64,000 nucleotides of DNA from contig CAZWJT010000003.1 in the NCBI GenBank assembly GCA_964634935.1, positions 52,323 through 116,322 on the forward strand, written 5' to 3'. Source of the DNA: an uncultured Planctomycetia bacterium. Lineage in GTDB: Bacteria > Omnitrophota > Gorgyraeia > Duberdicusellales > Duberdicusellaceae. Positions 57,097 through 64,000 of the stretch are shown one piece after another. The notes beneath the pieces are model-generated. The model did no database searches. It was not told the DNA's origin and saw nothing but the letters and a program-made list of their open reading frames with translations. The stretch's first letter is position 1, and the number at the start of each line of letters is the position of its first letter. A program made the translations under genes and the position numbers.

Positions 57097-57740
57097 TTAT
57101 GCGAAGGCCAAGGGTTTTGCTCCTCGATTTCGACGGGGTTATCCTAGAAACAGTCGGCCTTAAAGGGCTGGTGTTTCGGGAGCTTTTTGCCAAATATCCA
57201 GAACACGTAGAAAAAATTGTCGCTTATCATCTTGCCAACGGAGGCATATCGCGGTTTCAAAAATTTCGCTCGATTTACAAACACATTCTTGAGAAACCTC
57301 TTTCAACAAGCGAGTTTAATTCTCTTTGCAATCGGTTCTCAAAGCTCGCATACCGAAAAGTGCTCAACGCCGATTTCGTTCCCGGAGCGAAGGAATTTCT
57401 GGAAAGTACCTATACGCATACTCCTTTGTTTATTGTTTCCGGAACTCCAGAGGATGAAATACGGAGGATTGTGAAACAACGGAAGCTTGCACGGTACTTT
57501 CACGGCGTTTTTGGAGCTCCTCGGAGTAAATCTTTTTTAATCAGGAAGATTCTTCGTCAATGGAGGTTTTCAGCAAAAGAAGCAATCTTTGTCGGCGATG
57601 CGATGAGCGACTGGGACGCTGCACAAAGAACAGGGATCCGTTTTATCGCCAGAGTAACAGAGCAAGATATTTTTAAGAAAGTAAAGGTATACAAAAAAAT
57701 GAACGATCTTTTCGCGCTGCGAAAAATCTTTCAAGGATAA
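57093..57740 (+). CDS. HAD-superfamily phosphatase
   Basis: LLLDFDGVI (DxDG motif I), GDAMSD motif IV. Confidence 0.7.
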   Translation: MIMRRPRVLLLDFDGVILETVGLKGLVFRELFAKYPEHVEKIVAYHLANGGISRFQKFRSIYKHILEKPLSTSEFNSLCNRFSKLAYRKVLNADFVPGAKEFLESTYTHTPLFIVSGTPEDEIRRIVKQRKLARYFHGVFGAPRSKSFLIRKILRQWRFSAKEAIFVGDAMSDWDAAQRTGIRFIARVTEQDIFKKVKVYKKMNDLFALRKIFQG

Positions 57741-57751
57741 TCCAGACTATC

Positions 57752-59491
57752 ATGAGATACTTTTGGCATTTTCTCCGCAATTATAAAAAAGAGACGACGG
57801 TTCTTTTTTTCTTCGTTATGCTCAATACCGCTGCAGAGAGCATCGGTTTAGGGATGCTGCTACCTTTTTTCCAGACAGTATTTTCTGCTTCTCTACCCCA
57901 AGAAAAAGCTTCTGTTTTTTTAAAACCATTCCTAGATTTTTTCCCCGCAGAGCACCAGATTTATATCATTGGGGGAGGTATTTTGGCATTGTTAATTTTT
58001 AAAAGTCTCTTTACTCTTGTCCAAACTGCCTATGCCGCACACTTTGAATGGAGAGTGCTTCGTGAATGGTCTACGGGCATTATGGAGCGATATATGCGTT
58101 CTCCATACTCATTCGTCATTTCCCGTACGCAGGGTTTGTTGCTTAACAATGTTATCGCTGAACCACCCAACGCGATTAAATTTATAGAAGTTGCCCTGTT
58201 ACTCACGTCTCGGTTATTGCTTATGCTCGGGTTGTATCTAATTCTTTTTCTTGTTCATTGGCAGATGACAGTCGCTATAAGCATTATCGCAATTATTATC
58301 GTGATGCTTGTTTATCGGATAACGCGCACAATAGCAACGACATATGGCACGATCAAGCTCCAATGGAATCAGCAACTCCACGCAAACGCTGCCGAAAATA
58401 TCAGTGCGGTACGTCAGATAAAAACATTCTCTCTCGAAGAGCGCGTATGCAAGCGATTCGGCGGTATTTTAGCTAACATCTCCAAACTCGTGATACGCTT
58501 CAAGATTATCCAAGTGTTTCCTGACATGCTCGCAGAAATACCGATAGCTTTTTTTTCAATAGGAGCAATCATATATCTTTTTACCAGCCAAGGCCCGAAA
58601 GCATTGTCGTATGTTCCGACTATTGCGCTTTTTGCGGTTATTGGGTTACGATTATTCAGCTGCGCCTCAATCATCATAAAGAACCGGCTTTTATTCTTCT
58701 CATTACTTGCTTCATTGAAAGTTATCTTCGAGAATACAACAAGAAAGGCTGAGTTTGAAATTCTTGATAAAGGTATTTCTGTGGGTAATCTTGAAACAGA
58801 TATTGTTGTTGAAAACTTAAGCTTTTCTTACGGTGCCAGGAAAGCATTATTCAACAATCTGAATATGCGGATACCTTTTCAAAAAGCAACTGCGATCATC
58901 GGCGGCTCTGGATCCGGGAAGTCCACGTTCGCAGACTTACTTATTGGCTTATACCAGCCGGATGCAGGGAAAATTCTTATTAATCATCAAGATCTCCAGA
59001 CTCTCCAACTGAGTTCCTGGCGGAAACAAGTTGGTTTTGTAAGCCAAGATACACTGTTATTTCATGCGAGCATCAGAGAAAATATTTTAGCGGGTAAACC
59101 TGAGGCATCTGATGAAGAAGTAATCGCGGCGGCGAAGAAGGCGAGAGCCCACGAGTTTATTCAACATTTTCCGAGAGGATATGAAACTATCGTTGGGGAT
59201 AGGGGTTTGGCTCTTTCAGGGGGCCAGCGGCAACGTATTGCTATTGCGCGGGCGATGATCCGTAACCCTCACTTTTTCATCTTTGATGAAGCGACAAGTT
59301 CTTTAGACTATGAAACCGAGAAGCTCATTCAGCAGACAATAATGTCCTTTGCGGAAGAGAAAACAGTTTTGATTATTACCCATCGCCTGCTCAGTATTGC
59401 AAATGTGGAACTGATCTATAGATTAGAGAACGGGATCATTGTACAATCGGGGACAGCTAAAGAAATTTTTAAACAGGGTTTTTCAGATTAA
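57752..59491 (+). CDS. ABC exporter, fused permease/ATPase (MsbA/PglK-like)
   Basis: Six N-terminal TM helices; GGSGSGKST Walker A, LSGGQRQR signature, IFDEATSSLD Walker B. Confidence 0.85.
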   Translation: MRYFWHFLRNYKKETTVLFFFVMLNTAAESIGLGMLLPFFQTVFSASLPQEKASVFLKPFLDFFPAEHQIYIIGGGILALLIFKSLFTLVQTAYAAHFEWRVLREWSTGIMERYMRSPYSFVISRTQGLLLNNVIAEPPNAIKFIEVALLLTSRLLLMLGLYLILFLVHWQMTVAISIIAIIIVMLVYRITRTIATTYGTIKLQWNQQLHANAAENISAVRQIKTFSLEERVCKRFGGILANISKLVIRFKIIQVFPDMLAEIPIAFFSIGAIIYLFTSQGPKALSYVPTIALFAVIGLRLFSCASIIIKNRLLFFSLLASLKVIFENTTRKAEFEILDKGISVGNLETDIVVENLSFSYGARKALFNNLNMRIPFQKATAIIGGSGSGKSTFADLLIGLYQPDAGKILINHQDLQTLQLSSWRKQVGFVSQDTLLFHASIRENILAGKPEASDEEVIAAAKKARAHEFIQHFPRGYETIVGDRGLALSGGQRQRIAIARAMIRNPHFFIFDEATSSLDYETEKLIQQTIMSFAEEKTVLIITHRLLSIANVELIYRLENGIIVQSGTAKEIFKQGFSD

Positions 59492-59564
59492 GCATAAGCC
59501 GATTGTTAAAAACTGAGATGAATATGTCTGCGGCTGTGAATCGTAACCACACCTAAAGGAACGG

Positions 59565-60836
59565 ATGTATCCTATTGACAAGATTCTTGTATGGTTTTTT
59601 ATTATTGGTGATCTTTCTGCCTCTGCGTTACAAAAAAAAGTTCCGGCGCCAACGGTTACCGGCTTTAGGTTTTTCGCTGAAGCATGCCTTGGTATTTTGC
59701 TTGGTATTGTATGCTATAGATTTTTACTCAAAAAATATATTTATCCAAAACGCATTCTCATCGGCCTTGTAGGAATACTTTTTCTCACGATGCTACAGAA
59801 ATTCTTCCTGCATCTTGAAACAAAGGATCTGATTTATGGTTTAAGGAGTTACCTGAAATATCCTCTCTTTTTTCTTGTGTTAGTGAACGTATTCCTGTCT
59901 TACAAAGACTATCGGGTCATTTTTATCTTTTTTCGCTGGCTTATTCTTTTTTCGATACCGCTTACAGTTTTTGAATATTTTTTTCTTCAATGGGGATCAG
60001 ATCAAGCAGGAGGAATTTTTTCTTCCGGGGAAGTGGCAGTGTTCGGTGTATTTATGTTTTTCTTGGAATTATCACTCGGGGTATTGACCAGGAAGGTCGA
60101 ACATTTTTTCATGCTTTTGGGTATTCTTCTTATTTTTCTTACCGCTGAAACTAAAGTCAGCTTTTTTCTGGTTCCTGCAGGGTTAGTGTTTTTGCTTTTT
60201 AGAATAAGAACAAAACTGGCTTTTGGAGTGATAGGCTGTGCATTTTTCGCGATTATCTGTGGGGTTTTACTTTCGGATACTTTTGTTCAGAGAAGCGATC
60301 TGAAGGGGCTATTTTTATATCCTTCAAAAGCAGTTCACTATCTTATTTCCGACAAATGTGTTGCAACTAAAAATTTATTTAGCCCCCGGGAATATTCTCT
60401 CTGTGTCGAAAAAAACAACGCGGGAAAATTAAACCGAATTCCGAGTATTCTCTTTGCCTGGCATGAGATTAAGCAGACTTTATTTTCATCATTTTTGGGT
60501 AAAGGTATAGGGGTGGCAACGGAGTATGCGCAGAAAGATAACAAGTATTTACAGCTGCATCTTCAAAGTACGCAGCTCAGTAAAGGCCTCATTGAGCTTG
60601 GGTTACTCGGTTTCTTTCTATATCTTTTGTTTATCGTACACCAAATTAAATTTCCCGTTTTTTTGAATAAGAGCATGACCCACCCATTGGATCAAGCGAT
60701 GATTTTTTTGCTTCTTCCAGTAACCGCCTGTTACTTCGCGGCGGTTATTTATAACCAGGTTTTTTATGTCAGCAGCAGTGCGATATTCTTCTGGTCGCTT
60801 ATTGGATATGGCAATAAGATTCAAGAATCTGGATAA
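59565..60836 (+). CDS. O-antigen polymerase/ligase-family (Wzy/WaaL-like) polytopic membrane protein
   Basis: 423 aa, about 10-12 TM helices with a larger loop near the C-terminal third. Confidence 0.5.
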   Translation: MYPIDKILVWFFIIGDLSASALQKKVPAPTVTGFRFFAEACLGILLGIVCYRFLLKKYIYPKRILIGLVGILFLTMLQKFFLHLETKDLIYGLRSYLKYPLFFLVLVNVFLSYKDYRVIFIFFRWLILFSIPLTVFEYFFLQWGSDQAGGIFSSGEVAVFGVFMFFLELSLGVLTRKVEHFFMLLGILLIFLTAETKVSFFLVPAGLVFLLFRIRTKLAFGVIGCAFFAIICGVLLSDTFVQRSDLKGLFLYPSKAVHYLISDKCVATKNLFSPREYSLCVEKNNAGKLNRIPSILFAWHEIKQTLFSSFLGKGIGVATEYAQKDNKYLQLHLQSTQLSKGLIELGLLGFFLYLLFIVHQIKFPVFLNKSMTHPLDQAMIFLLLPVTACYFAAVIYNQVFYVSSSAIFFWSLIGYGNKIQESG

Positions 60837-60860
60837 AAATTTGCTTCTTTGTATTCCCAT

Positions 60861-60889
60861 TTCTCATAAGTTGGTAAAATTGCTATAAT
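60861..60889 (+). promoter_or_regulatory. candidate promoter (TTCTCA-17nt-TATAAT) ahead of 60980 gene
   Basis: Perfect -10 hexamer at 60884-60889 in 143-nt intergenic gap; weak -35. Confidence 0.3.
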
Positions 60890-60979
60890 ATTACAAGAAA
60901 GATGAATGAGCCTCATGATTTATACAGACAAAAATAAGGGACCATTGCAACTCATTGTGGAAAACCGTCTTTTCGGTGA

Positions 60980-62164
60980 ATGAGTATTTTAGGCAAGATT
61001 TCTCAGGTAGATCTTTTGGAATGGTTAGGAAAACTGCGCTCTGGAGAGAAGAGCGCAGGCTATAAGTTTAGTGCATCCCAAGGTGCGACAGCCTTTAGCG
61101 CTTGTTTTGCTTTATTTTTAATCGATTTGTTTCGGGGAGTTGAAAAGTTTACGCAGCAGGAGCGGGAAGAATGGATTTCTTATATCCAAAGCTTCCAGAA
61201 TAAAGAATACGGCTATTTTGAGCCAGGAGATTATTTTCTCGGAGAGCAAGAAAGAACCCGATACCAGCTTACAAGCTTTTGTTTAAGCGCGTTTCGTATC
61301 CTATCCGCTTCTCCAAAATATCCATTACAATTTGTGCGGCAATGGCAGACGCCTCACGATATTCAAAAATATTTATACCAAGAGGGATGCCATATTGGAA
61401 GGGGTGGTTCAGGAAATAAGGCTATGTTTTTAGCTATCTTTCTCACCCACGAATATGAACGGACTAAGGATCAAGAATTTTTGCAGCTTTTAGACGCTTG
61501 GTTTGCATTCCATGACCAGGCACAAAATCAAGCGGGCTTCTGGGGGCGTTATTATTCCGCTTATCACTACAAAGGTTTCCAAAACGGGTTTCATCAATTG
61601 CTGGTTTATTTTTATTGGCGCAAAAAAGTAAATAAATTTGAACGTATCGTTGATTTACTTTTAAAAATTCAGAATAAGAACGGATCTTTTACCCCGAGTC
61701 CATTTTGCGGCATGTGTTGGGAATACGATGCAGCGCATATTTTGCTCAACGCTTTCTCCCGGTTGGATTATCGGCGGGATGAGATCAAAAAAAGCCTGCA
61801 GCAAATATCTTTTGCGATCCGCAGTCGATATAAGAAAGGTGAAGGATTTTGTCAATCTCGATATTATCCGAGAAATCTTGAGGGGATTTGCCAAAGCCTT
61901 TCCTGTTTGATCGGTGGCTTCGGTGGCCCAGTCTGGTTTTATAGACTTAAAGATATCCTGAGTTATATACTCAAAAAGCGCGATATGGTTTTAACCAGCT
62001 GGACAAAAACTCCAAGGCGTCTTGATGAGGCGAATCTATGGGATACATGGCTTGCTTGTTTAACTTTGGCGGAGATTTCCACATTCGTACATACTGGATT
62101 TGATTTTCCATCTGAGAATATTCGGTTTCACGAGCATATCGGCATTGGATATTTTAACCCTTAA
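60980..62164 (+). CDS. hypothetical soluble protein, 394 aa
   Basis: Long ORF with good coding look, aromatic-rich, no TM, no recognisable catalytic motif. Confidence 0.3.
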   Translation: MSILGKISQVDLLEWLGKLRSGEKSAGYKFSASQGATAFSACFALFLIDLFRGVEKFTQQEREEWISYIQSFQNKEYGYFEPGDYFLGEQERTRYQLTSFCLSAFRILSASPKYPLQFVRQWQTPHDIQKYLYQEGCHIGRGGSGNKAMFLAIFLTHEYERTKDQEFLQLLDAWFAFHDQAQNQAGFWGRYYSAYHYKGFQNGFHQLLVYFYWRKKVNKFERIVDLLLKIQNKNGSFTPSPFCGMCWEYDAAHILLNAFSRLDYRRDEIKKSLQQISFAIRSRYKKGEGFCQSRYYPRNLEGICQSLSCLIGGFGGPVWFYRLKDILSYILKKRDMVLTSWTKTPRRLDEANLWDTWLACLTLAEISTFVHTGFDFPSENIRFHEHIGIGYFNP

Positions 62165-62172
62165 GCAAACAA

Positions 62173-62844
62173 ATGAATGCATGGAGCAGGGAACAAGTAA
62201 AAGCGTATATTGCGAGCGAAGATTGGTACCAGGATATTTCTCTGAGTAATGGACTTCGGACTGCCGGTAAGAATGCTTGTTCGAAGCGGCTTGTTTTTCT
62301 GCCGCAGGAAGAAATGGAAAATAGCTCCGTTCTTGATATTGGATGTAATTCTGGATTTTATTGTCTCTGGGCAAAAAGGAATGGGGCACGCTGTGTGTAT
62401 GGTATCGATATTGATGAACAACGGATTCAGCAAGCAAAGACCTTAAGTATGTTTGAAAATCTAACCATTGAATATCAAAAGAAGAGTCTTTTTGAACTTG
62501 ACAGTACTCAGCGTTTTGATGTCGTATTCTGCTTCGCTGTATTAACCGAGATTCAGAATTTGCTTGGCGCGCTTGCGGTTATCAAGAACATTATCGGAAA
62601 GAAAGCCTACATAGAGCTTGCTCTGGCAAGAAGATTTTTTTACTTTTCTTTTTCCAGAAGGTACCTGAAAGATCTTCTGGCGCGCCGGACTTTTTCCAAT
62701 ATAGGGGAAATCCGGCATACGGATGCCGGTTGGATGTTCGTTCCTAGTTTATCGGTTATTCGGGATATTTTTGGACCAAATTTTATTATCCGTGATCTCG
62801 GAAGAGGCCTAAAATATCAAATGATTTTGATTGAAAGAAAGTAA
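62173..62844 (+). CDS. class I SAM-dependent methyltransferase
   Basis: VLDIGCNSGFY motif I. Confidence 0.6.
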   Translation: MNAWSREQVKAYIASEDWYQDISLSNGLRTAGKNACSKRLVFLPQEEMENSSVLDIGCNSGFYCLWAKRNGARCVYGIDIDEQRIQQAKTLSMFENLTIEYQKKSLFELDSTQRFDVVFCFAVLTEIQNLLGALAVIKNIIGKKAYIELALARRFFYFSFSRRYLKDLLARRTFSNIGEIRHTDAGWMFVPSLSVIRDIFGPNFIIRDLGRGLKYQMILIERK

Positions 62845-63472
62845 GAGGCGCATGACAAATCTTTTATGCTTGTTGCTCCGAACCAGCTTAACCAGCATAC
62901 CAATTTCTTTGATGACAACAGAAGCTACCACGGTTTCCAAAGACGAAGGCTGGGGCGGTAAAAGTATCCACTATTTTCCGCCGTATATTTTTTATTCGCT
63001 CTATCAAGATGGGAAAAGAGACCACGCCCATGAGCTTATGCTGGAATGGTATTACAACCGGTTTATGAAGAATAAGCTCTACAGCGTTTCTAAAAGAATA
63101 GGGGGGATGAAAAATGGTTCTTTGTTTCGGCTGGTGCGGACTATGCATCGGGCCTCGGGGATCATTCTATGCGACGACTTGAGTAATGCAGATACAAACT
63201 TAATCTTAGAAGGTATCCGGACCAGGGTCAAAGAGCGTTTTCAACTCTTTGAAGCTATCCAGGGGAAGCAGTACGATGATTCCATTAATTTTATCTCACT
63301 CAAGAAAGATAAAGATCATTTTAGTATCGTTGATGGACATCATCGAATTGCCGCTTTCGCGCTTTGCGGTTATTCAGCAGTATCAGGAGTATTAATAAAT
63401 AATTCTGCAAAATTTTTATTGCGGGTTTATTCTATCGTACGAAAGCATGGGTTTTGCTGTGCCTCTCAATAG
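62831..63472 (+). CDS. ParB/Srx-fold (DGHHR motif) protein
   Basis: IVDGHHRIAAFALCG resembles the ParB/sulfiredoxin-fold nucleotide-binding motif. Confidence 0.4.
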   Translation: MKESKRRMTNLLCLLLRTSLTSIPISLMTTEATTVSKDEGWGGKSIHYFPPYIFYSLYQDGKRDHAHELMLEWYYNRFMKNKLYSVSKRIGGMKNGSLFRLVRTMHRASGIILCDDLSNADTNLILEGIRTRVKERFQLFEAIQGKQYDDSINFISLKKDKDHFSIVDGHHRIAAFALCGYSAVSGVLINNSAKFLLRVYSIVRKHGFCCASQ

Positions 63473-63518
63473 AATATGGGTGATTTACGAAGACGGTAAG
63501 TTTCAGTAGAGAAAATTT

Positions 63519-64000
63519 ATGAAAATATGCTGTCCTGTTTTTGCTGTTTTCCCGAGTCGCTCGGCACATGCGGTAAATATTCTTGAAATGTGCGATGCTT
63601 TCGCGACCCATGGTCATTCCGTTGTTTGCCTTACTCCTTTTCTTGCCGGTACTCAAGCTGAAATTTTACGTCTCTATGGGGTCGAGGGAAATTTTCTCAT
63701 ACACCAATTGCCTTGGAAGATTCCCTTTCGCGGAAAATATTTTTTTTCTTTGCCGTTTGTTTCCTATATGAAGCGTTCTTTGTGTCCGGATATTGTATAT
63801 ACTCGGTTTCTCAGCATTGCCTTTTGGTCTGTTGTCCAAAAGATGCCCGTTTTCTTAGAAATGCATCGTCCCGTAGAATCTATCGTAGAGCGAGAGCGGT
63901 TGAAATTCTTCTTAAACAGTAAATATTGTTTAGGCTTAATCGTTATCAGTAAATATTTGGAGGGATTCTACCGGCGATATACGGAGAAAGTTTTTCTGCT
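63519..64000 (+). CDS. family 4 glycosyltransferase (3' end outside window)
   Basis: ORF with no stop to window end; SAHAVNILEMCDAFATHGHSVVCL matches GT4 N-terminal domain start; not listed in ORF track because unterminated. Confidence 0.6.
   Translation, partial: MKICCPVFAVFPSRSAHAVNILEMCDAFATHGHSVVCLTPFLAGTQAEILRLYGVEGNFLIHQLPWKIPFRGKYFFSLPFVSYMKRSLCPDIVYTRFLSIAFWSVVQKMPVFLEMHRPVESIVERERLKFFLNSKYCLGLIVISKYLEGFYRRYTEKVFL

Noticed and set aside
63583-63922. Two + strand ORFs (62 and 69 aa) from the ORF track
   Set aside because: Both are out of frame inside the unterminated GT4 ORF starting at 63519, which runs to the window end with a clear GT4 N-terminal motif.
1-64000. Searched for CRISPR repeats, IS/transposase or integrase genes, toxin-antitoxin pairs
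   Set aside because: No regularly spaced direct repeats and no recombinase-like ORFs seen. The only hint of rearrangement is the DUF190 remnant next to tRNA-Asp.

Overview
This looks like a 64 kb bacterial chromosomal segment of moderate-to-low GC, read from the sequence only. Every confident gene (about 65) is on the + strand, and many neighbours overlap by ATGA or TAATG, so the window reads as a few long operons.

There are three blocks.

(1) 1-12.5 kb is a biosynthetic cluster. It starts with a ketosynthase (5'-truncated), a ketosynthase paralog that lacks the active-site Cys (chain-length-factor-like), and an acyl carrier protein. These are followed by two cyclase-type proteins, an MFS transporter, an SDR ketoreductase, a B12-binding radical SAM enzyme, an amidohydrolase and a class-IV aminotransferase/ADC-lyase-like protein. 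After that come an MtnA-family isomerase, a degenerate copy of its C-terminal domain, a class-II aldolase fused to an SCP2 domain, and an aldehyde dehydrogenase. That last group resembles a 5-deoxyribose/MTA 'DHAP shunt' downstream of the radical SAM enzyme.

(2) 12.5-20.7 kb is housekeeping. It holds tRNA-Asp(GTC) with a truncated DUF190 gene remnant behind it, a DUF192 protein, a PilZ protein, the complete glycine cleavage system (gcvT-gcvH-gcvPA-gcvPB) with lplA-like and lipA, and a coiled-coil membrane protein.

(3) 20.7-64 kb is one very large glycan (O-antigen/capsule/EPS-type) locus. It opens with an initiating sugar-phosphate transferase, tRNA-Arg(ACG) and a second PilZ protein. It contains two separate NeuC/NeuA/NeuB nonulosonic-acid gene sets. 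The first is embedded in a GDP-legionaminic-acid-like context (CBS-domain nucleotidyltransferase, 4,6-dehydratase, DegT aminotransferase, Gfo/Idh/MocA and SDR oxidoreductases). A CDP-hexose pathway (rfbF, rfbG) carries two TylC3-type C-methyltransferases, a 3,5-epimerase, a reductase and a CmcI-type methyltransferase. A third candidate ulosonic-acid route pairs a KdsB-like CMP-transferase with an HpcH-family pyruvate aldolase, a 2-hydroxyacid dehydrogenase and a HAD phosphatase. The locus has at least eight SAM methyltransferases. The remaining genes are GT2 and GT4 glycosyltransferases, a KpsS/KpsC-type transferase, Wzz-like, Wzy/ligase-like and ABC-exporter proteins, a P-loop protein, a ParB/Srx-like protein and several unclassifiable large proteins.

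I saw no CRISPR array, IS element, integrase or transcription factor. All functional calls rest on recognisable motifs and family resemblance; nothing was checked against a database.
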